Assembly (NCBI GenBank): GCA_963674735.2
Contig: CAXXQS010000001.1
Coordinates: 800,001-864,000 of the forward strand
Length of the DNA: 64,000 nucleotides
DNA from: Myxococcota bacterium
Lineage (GTDB): Bacteria > Myxococcota_A > SURF-8
Reading direction: 5' to 3'
A program made the translations under genes and the position numbers. Within the stretch, counting starts at the first letter, position 1. Each line of letters begins with the position of its first letter. Shown piece after piece: positions 1 to 9,295 of the stretch. The notes under the pieces were generated by a model, which ran no database searches, was not told the origin of the DNA, and was given only the letters and a program-made list of their open reading frames with translations.

Positions 1-455
1 TTGTCGCTGACCGTCGCAAACTGGCCGGTTTCATCGCTGTACTTGGGAGGAGGGAGCTTGAAATCGGTGGTGTAGTGGTAGAGCACCGTGACGACGTTAC
101 GGTCTTCGCTGAATTCGACGCTCTTGTAAATGATCTTCATGCGTACTTGCGTGACGCGACGAAATTCCGGTGAACGCAGAAACTCGATCAGTCCTTTGTG
201 GTCGTAGTTGTTGCTACTGTTGGAATCGCCGTTTTTCTCGAAATAGTTTTTCGAGGCCAGTGCGATCAGCATATCAGCGTCGCGTGCTTCCATCGCTTTG
301 CGGTACATTTCAACCGTGCGAATCACGTCCCGCGATTCATCCGAATCTTCGATCTTGGTGTCTTCGATGTAGCGGGTGGTGCAAGCACTCGCCAGCATGA
401 GCAGAATAGCGGCAAAGGCCGGAATCAAGCTCGTTGTGCATGTCAATCGTCGCAT
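1..455 (-). CDS. Lipoprotein, possibly NTF2-like (partial; runs off the window edge)
   Basis: Manual translation from ATG at 455: MRRLTCTTSLIPAFAAILLMLASA-CTTRYIEDTKIED... with lipobox LASAC and no stop before position 1. Starts 5 bp after the gspN stop. Missing from the ORF track. Confidence 0.8.
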   Translation of the reverse strand, partial: MRRLTCTTSLIPAFAAILLMLASACTTRYIEDTKIEDSDESRDVIRTVEMYRKAMEARDADMLIALASKNYFEKNGDSNSSNNYDHKGLIEFLRSPEFRRVTQVRMKIIYKSVEFSEDRNVVTVLYHYTTDFKLPPPKYSDETGQFATVSD

Positions 456-460
456 ATCAA

Positions 461-1765
461 TCACTCCTCTTCTTCGGCTGCGTCATCCGTTGCGCCTTCT
501 TCGGACGCGTCGTCGGGGGATGGGATTTCGTCGGATTCTTCCTCTTCTTCCTCTTCTTCTTCGAGCTCTTCTTCGAATTCTTCCTCTTCCTGCTCATCCA
601 GTTCTTCGTCGTCTTCCGGTTCGTCCTGCTTGTCGAGGACTGGCTTGGGAGACCGCGTTCGGGTTCGTCCGGGTGTGCGGCTGCGGCCGCGTTTGGGCGG
701 GGTTCGGCGATTGCGGTCGACTTTCGGCTTGGGCGGTTTGGTGGGCCGCTTTCGGTCGAGCGCTTTGCCTGCGGGTGACTTCTTGTCTTGATCGGGTTTG
801 GCCGTGTTGGCGCGCGATGGAGAGGTTCTGCGTTTGCCTTTCGTGAACTTGTACTCTGCGGCCTTGTTGGGTACCGGTTTCAGGTTATTGAGCGTGCCGC
901 GCAGGGTGTGATAGTAAAAGCCGTCGCTGCCTTTGGCATTGTTCAGGGTCGATAGCGCCAGCTTGAAGATGTCGTCTTTTTTAAGCAATTCATCCGTGAG
1001 CTTGAAGCGATAGTCGAGATTGGCACGAGAGTACCCGAGCTTTTTGGATAGGGTGATACTGCCGCGCATGTCCGATTCCATGTCGGGGCTGGACTGCTGA
1101 AAGGTCTTGACGTCGATGCGGCCTTTGTCGATTTCGAAACGGGCGTCGAGATTTCCGGTCCGCACCAGCGGAAGCTCCATTCCGAATTTTCCGGGGCCGG
1201 TGGAACCGTTAGCCACTTTCATTTCGGCGAAGCCCTTCGACTGCTCCAGCTTCTTGAGATTCAAGGTGATATCGCTGTTGAGCGAAAACGTGCCTTTGAT
1301 CGGCAGGTCTTTGTACTTGTTTTTAAAGTAGGGAATCTGTTCGAACAACAGGTTTTCGATTTCAAGAGCCGAGACATAAACCTGTTCGTCCTGATTGACT
1401 TTGAATGAGCCTTCGACACGCCCGCCGAAAATTTCCGCGCTCAGATCGATGGCCGGGGTTCCGGCAATCAGAGAGAACAAGCCCGCTTTGACGGACAGGC
1501 GGGGAATGATAAGCGGCAGAAAATCGTTGGGTTTATCGTCGGTGCTGTCCAGCCGCACATCGATGGCGGTGAAACCGAGCGGCAGGCTGGTTTCCAGCTC
1601 CTCGGCGTCCATATGCAAATGGTGCTGCTGGCCCAATTGCTTGTTGATCAAACCCGTCATCTGCTCGACGGGGAATGTCCAAAGCAAAGAGATCAGTAGG
1701 CAGACCAAGGCAAATAGCGGATATCCCACCCATTTCAGGATCTTGATGTAACGTGATTTCAGCAT
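461..1765 (-). CDS. gspN: Type II secretion system protein N (deltaproteobacterial type) with low-complexity C-terminal tail
   Basis: N-terminal TM ending in WTFP, predicted beta-rich body, position after gspM in the operon. Confidence 0.8.
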   Translation of the reverse strand: MLKSRYIKILKWVGYPLFALVCLLISLLWTFPVEQMTGLINKQLGQQHHLHMDAEELETSLPLGFTAIDVRLDSTDDKPNDFLPLIIPRLSVKAGLFSLIAGTPAIDLSAEIFGGRVEGSFKVNQDEQVYVSALEIENLLFEQIPYFKNKYKDLPIKGTFSLNSDITLNLKKLEQSKGFAEMKVANGSTGPGKFGMELPLVRTGNLDARFEIDKGRIDVKTFQQSSPDMESDMRGSITLSKKLGYSRANLDYRFKLTDELLKKDDIFKLALSTLNNAKGSDGFYYHTLRGTLNNLKPVPNKAAEYKFTKGKRRTSPSRANTAKPDQDKKSPAGKALDRKRPTKPPKPKVDRNRRTPPKRGRSRTPGRTRTRSPKPVLDKQDEPEDDEELDEQEEEEFEEELEEEEEEEEESDEIPSPDDASEEGATDDAAEEEE

Positions 1766-1801
1766 CGATCGTCCTTTTTGCCTGCGTCTAAAACGGCGGG
1801 C

Positions 1802-2365
1802 TTAGTCTTCAAGTGGCACCAGCGTGCTGATGTTAAAGCTTGCATCCACCAACGAGCGGTCGTCGAAACGCGGCCGCATGCTGATGGAACGGATGAAAAA
1901 CAGTTTGTTCCGTTTTTCGATGGCCTGCAGAAAAGCGAGCAGCGTTCCGAGTTCGAGCTTTTTCACCTGCACCTTGACCGATTCCTCGCGCACGCCCGAT
2001 TGGCGGTCGACGGCGCCTTTGGATTGCGAGATCTGATCGATCTCGACCGCGCTTTCCTGGGCCAATCCGCCGATATCACGCATGAGCGTGTTCTTGTTCT
2101 GGGTGATTTCCTTCTTCACGCTTTCGAGGGAACGGCGCGCGGTGACATAGCGGTTTTTCAGACTGAGAATACGTTCGTAGTTGTCGCGTTTGGTTTCGAG
2201 GCGGTCTTCCAGGTTGCCCAGCGATAGGTTGACGCTGATTCCGATCAAAACGGCCACCACGATGATTATCGCGCCGATTGTGGTCAGGACCAGCACCTTT
2301 TCGCGGCCGGAGAGCCGGTCGAACAGCATGCCGAGCTCGTCTATGAATTGTCTGATTCGATCCAC
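1802..2365 (-). CDS. gspM: Type II secretion system protein M
   Basis: LSGREK-TM-coiled coil-ferredoxin-like pattern, directly after gspL. Confidence 0.8.
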   Translation of the reverse strand: MDRIRQFIDELGMLFDRLSGREKVLVLTTIGAIIIVVAVLIGISVNLSLGNLEDRLETKRDNYERILSLKNRYVTARRSLESVKKEITQNKNTLMRDIGGLAQESAVEIDQISQSKGAVDRQSGVREESVKVQVKKLELGTLLAFLQAIEKRNKLFFIRSISMRPRFDDRSLVDASFNISTLVPLED

Positions 2366-2380
2366 GATCGTCCCCTTTGT

Positions 2381-4129
2381 CTATTTCTTCGCGCTTCCGC
2401 AATCCACGTTGATGTTGAGGGAAAACTGGATTTTCCCTTCCCGCACCGAACTGCGAGTCGGACCCTGGTTGATACTGCGGAAACAGTCGTATTGCTTCAG
2501 ATTTTCTACGATGATTCCAACTGAAGGAATGCCGTCGACATCGCCCTTCAGCTTGATTTTCTTGTCGGTGATTTCGAGATCCTGAAGATCGACCACGGTG
2601 TTGTCGGTCATCATGCGCGAGATCAGCTCGTCGTAGAGATCCAGGGTGCTGGTTTCGGGTTTGAGCTTCGATCCGCCACCGCCCTGATTGCCGATGACTT
2701 CCATCATCTGCGAGACGCAGATTTTGGGGTCGCTCACTTCCTTGCCGAGTATTTGCTTGCAATTGTCGGCAATGGCGGTCGTCATGACCTCGTCCTGATT
2801 GCTCAACACGCGGAATTGCGACCACAGGCTGATGAGGAAGAACAGGAAAATGACCGCCATGCTGATACCCAGATGCGCAAAACGTCCCTTCCAGAACTCG
2901 AAATCGCCTTTGAAGGCAAATTCGCCTTTGCGGAAATTGAGGCGTTTGAGACGCGAGCCGGAGAGCCCGGCGAAGGCCATTCCCAGCGCGGCGGACAGAC
3001 GTGGGATATCTTCGGAACTTTCGGCCAGCGGACCGAACTTTTCAAGCGGGGGTGCGTAGCACGCAACCGGCTTGCCGATCTGCTCCGCCAGAAACTCTTC
3101 GATATTGCGCAGGTGAGAACTGCCGCCGGTGAGGCAGAGCGTGTCCACGGTGCGACGGGTTTCGGTGGCGTGGGCTTTAAAGGTCAGCTTGATCTGGCGG
3201 ATCAACTGTGTAAGCGAGGTTTCCAGGGTTTCCGCCGTTTTGATGTCCGGAGTCTCATCGGCTTCGGCGTTGGCGGATCGTAGGAATCCATGCTCGCGTT
3301 TGAAGGTCTCGGCGGCTTCGAAGTCCATCCCGTGTGCGGTGGCGAGCGCCTGCGTCAGATCCTGTCCCCCGAAGGGCACGCTGCGGATGAAGCTGATGAC
3401 GCCGTCCAGAATGAGGCAGATGGAGGTTTTCCGGTGGCCGATGTCGATCAGGGCGTGGCAGCCTTGCCGTTGCTCTTCCGTGGCGAACTGCAAGAACAGG
3501 TTGCCCAGCGCCAAACCGTCGATGATGACCCCGCGCGGTTCTTTGCCCGTATCGCTGAAATTGGCCAGATAATCTTCGATGGCTTCACGATCGAGGATGC
3601 CGGCGAGCAGGCGGGCCGAATTGGGCGTATGCTCGACGACTTGGTAATCGATGAGCTTATCGGCGAGCTGGAAGGGCAGGGTGTCTTCCAGATTGAAAGC
3701 CAGGGTGGCGTCGATCTTGCGCGTGTCGGAGAAGGGAACCGTCAGCGCCTTAAGCGAAATGCGGTCGGCGTCGAAGGCGGTGTAGATGGAGTCCCAGTCG
3801 TTTCCGTAGCGTCGGATGAACTGCTGCAAGACAAGCCGCAGGCGGTCGCGTTCGGGGTCGAAAGCGTCCGCTTCGTCGTCATCGACTTCCGCCGTGTCTT
3901 CCGCCTCGCCGTTTTCGTCCGCCTCGTCCTCATTCGTTTCCTCTTCCGGAGGCGAAGAAGGCGCGTCGACAGGCGCGATTTTGTCGATCAGCGACTTCGT
4001 TTCGACATAGCCCGTCGCGATACTCATTTCGTGGTAGCCGATCAGTTCCCAGCCGCGATAGGTGCTTTCGAGCACGGCTGCTTTGATGGAATGGCTCCCG
4101 ATGTCCAATCCGGCGATTTTCTGCGCCAT
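2381..4129 (-). CDS. gspL: Type II secretion system protein L (PilM-like actin-fold domain, TM, PilN-like domain)
   Basis: GLDIGSHSIK, IDIGHRKT, GGQDLT and LTGGSS motifs; LNFRKGEF before the TM. Confidence 0.85.
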   Translation of the reverse strand: MAQKIAGLDIGSHSIKAAVLESTYRGWELIGYHEMSIATGYVETKSLIDKIAPVDAPSSPPEEETNEDEADENGEAEDTAEVDDDEADAFDPERDRLRLVLQQFIRRYGNDWDSIYTAFDADRISLKALTVPFSDTRKIDATLAFNLEDTLPFQLADKLIDYQVVEHTPNSARLLAGILDREAIEDYLANFSDTGKEPRGVIIDGLALGNLFLQFATEEQRQGCHALIDIGHRKTSICLILDGVISFIRSVPFGGQDLTQALATAHGMDFEAAETFKREHGFLRSANAEADETPDIKTAETLETSLTQLIRQIKLTFKAHATETRRTVDTLCLTGGSSHLRNIEEFLAEQIGKPVACYAPPLEKFGPLAESSEDIPRLSAALGMAFAGLSGSRLKRLNFRKGEFAFKGDFEFWKGRFAHLGISMAVIFLFFLISLWSQFRVLSNQDEVMTTAIADNCKQILGKEVSDPKICVSQMMEVIGNQGGGGSKLKPETSTLDLYDELISRMMTDNTVVDLQDLEITDKKIKLKGDVDGIPSVGIIVENLKQYDCFRSINQGPTRSSVREGKIQFSLNINVDCGSAKK

Positions 4130-4142
4130 CGCCTCTCCTTTG

Positions 4143-5375
4143 CTAGTCTTCCCGGTAATACAGCAAATGCCCGCTCTGGGTCATGACCGCGCGAATGTTG
4201 CGCATCACGCCATTGATATCGGCGCTGGCATTTACCGTAAAGATGCTGCTTTTAACCGTAATCATCTTCTTCAACGTATTGCGGCCGCCGGATTTGAGCT
4301 CCAAGAACAGTTCGGGGCCGTTGGTGAGGAAGTTGAGAAATCCGTCTTCGTTCCAGAACCCCGCGTTTTGAACGCGGAAGTCCATGATGATGTCGATGAT
4401 GCGCTGCATTTCTTCTTCGACCGGGATCGGCGGCTCGATGTTCTGCTCGATCAGGGCGCGCATCACTTCGACCCCGCAGGTGTTGATATTGATTTTACCG
4501 GTGCGATACACGGTCAGCTGGTCCCCGAACAAACGCCAGAAGCGGTCGTCGATTCCGGCGATCAACTGAAGCTCGTCGTGGGAATCGAGCATATGATTCT
4601 TGCTGCTGTATTTGTCTTCGAGGAAATCGTAGCGGGAATCTTCATCCCCCGACTCGAAGCCCGAGCGCGTTTGATCGGGATCGATCCAGTCGATGATGGC
4701 CGAGATGATCTCCTGCCGGTCGTGGTACTGCCCGTTTTTGTCGGGGTTTTCGAACAGCGGATCGTATTTTTCCGGTGCGAACAGACTTTCCAGCCCGGCC
4801 TGCATGACCTGCTTTTCGGCGAAATTATTGGGCCGGATATTGACATTCATCTTGCGTTCTTCGTCGACGATCTCGGCGTGGAAGTGACCCTCGAACTCTC
4901 CGAAGCCCTCGGCTTCACCGAACGACATGGCCTGAGCCTGTTCGGTTTGTTTGGAGGCGAAACTGTCCTCTTCTTCGAGTCCTTGCCCCAGCAGGGTGTC
5001 CTGGAACAGGCTTTCCTGATCCTGCATCGAAAACATGCCGCCCGCCACGGCGCGCGCCAGATCGCTGTCGACCGGAATCATCTGCCACAACTGAATGTTC
5101 GGCGGGTTGTTCTTCCAGAAGCGCTGGATCATCTGATCGACTTGCGTTTGGAAGAACAGAATCAGGCGGGTGAATTCCATGGCCGAGCGCGCCAGGTAGA
5201 GCGCACGTGTGCGGTCGCGGAAGTTGCCCACCGATTGCAGGTATACGCGCGATTCGTACTGGAATTCCACGGAGACCACTGTCAGGATGATCACCACGGT
5301 CAGTACCATGATCAGCGCCACGCCCTTGCGTCCGTTCAGCGCTTCGCGTTTATGTTTGTTGACCTGCTCGTCCAT
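4143..5375 (-). CDS. gspK: Type II secretion minor pseudopilin K
   Basis: RKG|VALIMVL leader; DEERKMNVN, IIDWIDPD and GKININT motifs. Confidence 0.9.
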   Translation of the reverse strand: MDEQVNKHKREALNGRKGVALIMVLTVVIILTVVSVEFQYESRVYLQSVGNFRDRTRALYLARSAMEFTRLILFFQTQVDQMIQRFWKNNPPNIQLWQMIPVDSDLARAVAGGMFSMQDQESLFQDTLLGQGLEEEDSFASKQTEQAQAMSFGEAEGFGEFEGHFHAEIVDEERKMNVNIRPNNFAEKQVMQAGLESLFAPEKYDPLFENPDKNGQYHDRQEIISAIIDWIDPDQTRSGFESGDEDSRYDFLEDKYSSKNHMLDSHDELQLIAGIDDRFWRLFGDQLTVYRTGKININTCGVEVMRALIEQNIEPPIPVEEEMQRIIDIIMDFRVQNAGFWNEDGFLNFLTNGPELFLELKSGGRNTLKKMITVKSSIFTVNASADINGVMRNIRAVMTQSGHLLYYRED

Positions 5376-5384
5376 TCCTCAGCC

Positions 5385-6077
5385 TCAAATCGATACGAGA
5401 TCGACGGGTTTTTGCAGCATGATCTGGGTTTTCGTATAAAACGTGATTTCCTTGCCGTTTTCATCGAGAATGGTCAACTCGATTTGAACGATTCGCGGGA
5501 TTTTCTCGAACTGCTCGATTTGTGAAGTATCCCACTCTTCCACCCACTCTTTTTCGCCTTCGTCCCAGATCTGGACTTCGAAATCCTCCACATCGTCGGC
5601 CAGGATCATCTTTTTTCCGCCCCAGCCGGGTTCTTCATCGATGCGTTTTTGTTCGCGCCGCATCAGGTTCAGCACATCCTTTTTTTCAGGATCTTCTTCG
5701 AGGAAAAAACCGATTTCGCATTGGTCCGATTCGTCTACATCGGCGTAAAGTTTGGTATGGGCAAAAGCCGTGAAATCCAGGCGGTCGCCGGGGTCTTTGT
5801 TTTCAAGCCGGAAAATGTAACGCGGCGATTCGTCGGTGTTCGGATCGACATGCTTGGACAGATAGGCCATGGCGATTTCGGAAGTCATGCGATCCATGGC
5901 GATGCGGACTTTATGATAGCGCTCCTGGATATTTCGCAGGTATTGCGGAATTTCCAGGCTGCGGGCGAAGGAACTGTAAATCAAGGTCGATACCATGCCC
6001 AGGATGGTCACGGCGATCATGATCTCCATGAGCGAAAAGCAGCCCCGGCTCAGCATGTTGGGCGTGCGACGGCGCAT
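5385..6077 (-). CDS. gspJ: Type II secretion minor pseudopilin J
   Basis: FSLMEIMIA pilin N-terminus; C-terminal W..EWD...PRIVQIEL motif. Confidence 0.85.
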   Translation of the reverse strand: MRRRTPNMLSRGCFSLMEIMIAVTILGMVSTLIYSSFARSLEIPQYLRNIQERYHKVRIAMDRMTSEIAMAYLSKHVDPNTDESPRYIFRLENKDPGDRLDFTAFAHTKLYADVDESDQCEIGFFLEEDPEKKDVLNLMRREQKRIDEEPGWGGKKMILADDVEDFEVQIWDEGEKEWVEEWDTSQIEQFEKIPRIVQIELTILDENGKEITFYTKTQIMLQKPVDLVSI

Positions 6078-6083
6078 GGTCGT

Positions 6084-6788
6084 TTACTTTCCCTTCGATT
6101 TGAACAGGCCGTTGAACTGGGACTTGCCTTCCAGTTTGCCTTTGGCCTTGTTGAACTTCTGTTTCGGGTCGTTCGCTTGCGTTTCGCCCCCGCTAGTGGT
6201 GGTTTTGTCGTCGCTGTCCGTCGCGTTGTCGTTGCCGGTTCCGATGGCCGCCTCCAGCATGTTGGAGCGTCCGAACTCGATGAAGTGCGTTGAAATCGTC
6301 AATTCCTGCATGTTGTTCCGGTCGCCCCAAAAAACGGTCAGGTTGCATTCGCGCAAGGCATTGGAAATCATGTCCGTCATCATCGACGCATAACCCTGCA
6401 TCATGCTGGCGTAAGCGTTGTTTTCTTCGCCCGGCATGCTGCCGGGAACCGGAATTTTTACTTTGCTGATCTGCGCATGCCAGCTGAATTCCGGCCAGCC
6501 TTCCTCCGAAAAATCGCCTTCCATTTCCTCCGCGAAGTCGGAGAATCCCGTTTCCGTCAATTCCTGCTCGATGTCCACCAGCTTGCTGCGGGCCAGCAAC
6601 GAGGCGGCCGTAATGAATTTGGAGCGACTGGCCGCCAAAATGGACGAACCCTGCACGTTGAAAATCGCAACCAGGCTGATGGCCAGAATGCCCATGGCGA
6701 CCATCACCTCAAACAGCGTGAAGCCGTTCTGTCCCCCGCGCACGCCGCGTTTGGAGGCGTGACTGTGGAAGTTAGAATGCTTCTTCAT
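6084..6788 (-). CDS. gspI: Type II secretion minor pseudopilin I
   Basis: G|FTLFEVMVAMGIL leader; EGDF..GWPEFSW motif; position between gspH and gspJ. Confidence 0.85.
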   Translation of the reverse strand: MKKHSNFHSHASKRGVRGGQNGFTLFEVMVAMGILAISLVAIFNVQGSSILAASRSKFITAASLLARSKLVDIEQELTETGFSDFAEEMEGDFSEEGWPEFSWHAQISKVKIPVPGSMPGEENNAYASMMQGYASMMTDMISNALRECNLTVFWGDRNNMQELTISTHFIEFGRSNMLEAAIGTGNDNATDSDDKTTTSGGETQANDPKQKFNKAKGKLEGKSQFNGLFKSKGK

Positions 6789-7521
6789 CTTCCAGTTCCT
6801 CGGGCATTTCCTCCAGGGTGTCGTAAATCGTCGAACGACCCGTCAGGGGCTCCGTCAAGATCGTGTAGATTTCTCGCTCATCGGCATACAAGGTTTCATC
6901 TTCCAGTTCATCCTCCATCGCGACCCAAATGGCCGTGCGTTCCATAAAACCGTTCGGAAAGAAATGGACGAAGATCTGTCCGTTGTCGACCGCTTCTTCC
7001 ACGCCCGATGTCTGTACTTTCCAGATGCGAACGCCGGCGGGCAAGGTGGTCCGGCTGGATAACTCGGTCTTGTAGGTCGAGAATTCCGCTTTCTTCTGGC
7101 GGAATTTCTCGGCGAAATCCGCCCATCCCTGCCATTTGGCGGTATCCATGTCCAACGACAGCAAGTCTCCCAGCTCCTGTTCTTCTTCTTCCTCCTCCTC
7201 TTCTTCCTCGATCACCACCGCCCCCTCTTCGACGGTCAGGGGCGTTTGAGTGAGAAAGAAAGGGTCTTTCGTGGATTCGGACCAGTAGATGTTCTGATCA
7301 AGATCGAAAACCAGCCGAATATACACGCGCTCAAGTACGGCGCGGTCGTACAGGTACTTGATGTTTCCGACAATTTTCTGTGCGGCGGCTTTCTGGTTGA
7401 CGTTTGTCAGGCGGTTGACCATGGGCAGAGCGGCGCCGGTTATCATCGCCACGATCAGGATGGCGATTACCATTTCGATCAGCGTAAAACCCCGCTGAAT
7501 TACCGATTGCCGCTGCATCAC
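6772..7521 (-). CDS. gspH: Type II secretion minor pseudopilin H
   Basis: RG|FTLIEMVIAILI leader; FFPNG and EPLTGR motifs; acidic poly-E insert. Confidence 0.85.
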   Translation of the reverse strand: MMQRQSVIQRGFTLIEMVIAILIVAMITGAALPMVNRLTNVNQKAAAQKIVGNIKYLYDRAVLERVYIRLVFDLDQNIYWSESTKDPFFLTQTPLTVEEGAVVIEEEEEEEEEEQELGDLLSLDMDTAKWQGWADFAEKFRQKKAEFSTYKTELSSRTTLPAGVRIWKVQTSGVEEAVDNGQIFVHFFPNGFMERTAIWVAMEDELEDETLYADEREIYTILTEPLTGRSTIYDTLEEMPEELEDEEAF

Positions 7522-7539
7522 GCTCAGCCGTCCTCTACG

Positions 7540-7950
7540 CTAGTTGCTTTCCCAGTTCTCGATGTCGTCGTTCCCGCCGTCATTGCCATCCGGCCCGTAG
7601 GATTCCAGGTCGAAGGAGTCGGTATTGTGCGAACCCGGCGAAATGTAAACGAAATCACGCTTCCACGGATCCTTGGGGATGGAACGCATGTACGGTTTTT
7701 TGTTGTTGGGCGGCGCGGTGAGGATGTTCAGGCCGTCCGAGGTGCTGGGATAGCTGCCGAAATCGAGCTTGTAAAGATCCAGCGCCTGTCCGAAATCATG
7801 AATCTGGGTTTTGGACGCCTTGATTTTGGCTTCTTCAAGCTGATCGAGCACGGCCACACCGACCAAGCTGGCGATCAGGCCCAAGATGACCATCACGACC
7901 ATGATTTCAAGCAAGGTCATACCACTGGTTCCTGCGATTGTCGGTTTCAT
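7540..7950 (-). CDS. gspG: Type II secretion major pseudopilin G
   Basis: G|MTLLEIMVV leader; ALDLYKLDFGSYP, PKDPWKR and SYGPDG motifs. Start moved to ATG 7950 to remove the gspF overlap. Confidence 0.95.
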   Translation of the reverse strand: MKPTIAGTSGMTLLEIMVVMVILGLIASLVGVAVLDQLEEAKIKASKTQIHDFGQALDLYKLDFGSYPSTSDGLNILTAPPNNKKPYMRSIPKDPWKRDFVYISPGSHNTDSFDLESYGPDGNDGGNDDIENWESN

Positions 7951-8014
7951 TCTTTCAATCTCCTTAACCGTTACGAAATCCGATATATATGTCGTTGCGG
8001 ACCTGGCCCGCGCC

Positions 8015-9274
8015 TTAAGCTCCAAGTTGTTGGTTGATCTGCAAAATCGGCAACAGAATCGATAACACGATGAAGGTGACGACCACCGCCATAATAATGA
8101 TCATGAGCGGTTCGATCAGGGCGGTCATCGCGCCGATTTTGGCATCCACCTGAACGTCGTAGTTATTCGAGACATGCCCCAGCATTTCTTCCAGTTGTCC
8201 CGACTTCTCGCCGACGGCAATCATGTGGGTCACGATCGGCGGAAATTCTCCGCTGCGCTTGAGCGGCTGGGCGATGCTTTCACCCTCTCGAATGTTGTTG
8301 CGCGCTTCGGTGAGCACCTTTTGAAGGATGACATTGTCGAGGATGTTCTTGACGATGTCCATGGCTGTCAAAAGCGGGACGCCGGAAGAGAGCAGCGTCG
8401 ACAACGTGCGGGCGAAGCGCGAAACCGCGATCATGCGGATCAATTCTCCGAAGATGGGAGCCTTGAGGACGAAGCGGTCCCAGCGCACGCGGCCTTTTTT
8501 GGAGGCTTTCCAGCGCTTGAACAAAACGATGAGTCCGACAAAGGCCAGGATCATGGCCCACCAGTAATTGGCGACGGCTTCGCTGATGCCGATGAGAATC
8601 TGGGTGCTGAGCGGCAGGGTAACTTTGGCTTCCTCGAAAATTTTCGTGATTTTCGGTATGACCAGCACGAACAGAATGCCGACCACGATCACCGAGAAAA
8701 GCATCATGATGGCGGGATAAACCATGGCGCCGCGGACTTTGGTGCGCAACGCCATTTGATTTTCCGCATAGTCGGCCAGTCGATCCATGACGATTTCGAG
8801 CGAGCCCGATGACTCTCCGGCTGCGACCATGTTGGTATACAGGGGCGGAAACAGCTTGGGGTATTCCGCCATGGCATCGGACAAAGAGGTTCCTTCGTTG
8901 ACCCGCTCGCGTATCTGGCTGAGAATTTTCTTGAACTGTTCGTTCTCCACCTGGTCGATGATGGCTGTCATCGATTCCACGATGGGGATGTTGGCGGCGA
9001 TCAGGTTGGCAAGCAGGCGCGTGATGATCGCCACATCGGCTTGAGTTACGCGCTGAAAGTACTGTTTGAAATCGATCTGCTTGGACAAGACGCCGTTGCT
9101 TTTCGAGGACGAATCGGTGGAACGGGACGCGGAAGCGGAGGCTTCTTTCAATTCCGTCAGAAAGACGCCCCCCTTTTTCATTTTTTCTTTGGCGGAACGG
9201 GGCGATTCGGCATCGATGATGCCTTTCTTGTTCTTCCCCTTCGCGTCGATTCCTTTCCACTCAAATACCGGCAT
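8015..9274 (-). CDS. gspF: Type II secretion inner membrane platform protein F
   Basis: MPVFEWKG start; AGESSGSL, AMVYP, VGEKSGQL and LIEP motifs. Confidence 0.97.
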   Translation of the reverse strand: MPVFEWKGIDAKGKNKKGIIDAESPRSAKEKMKKGGVFLTELKEASASASRSTDSSSKSNGVLSKQIDFKQYFQRVTQADVAIITRLLANLIAANIPIVESMTAIIDQVENEQFKKILSQIRERVNEGTSLSDAMAEYPKLFPPLYTNMVAAGESSGSLEIVMDRLADYAENQMALRTKVRGAMVYPAIMMLFSVIVVGILFVLVIPKITKIFEEAKVTLPLSTQILIGISEAVANYWWAMILAFVGLIVLFKRWKASKKGRVRWDRFVLKAPIFGELIRMIAVSRFARTLSTLLSSGVPLLTAMDIVKNILDNVILQKVLTEARNNIREGESIAQPLKRSGEFPPIVTHMIAVGEKSGQLEEMLGHVSNNYDVQVDAKIGAMTALIEPLMIIIMAVVVTFIVLSILLPILQINQQLGA

Positions 9275-9295
9275 ATCGGCTCCGTATTATGGCGC

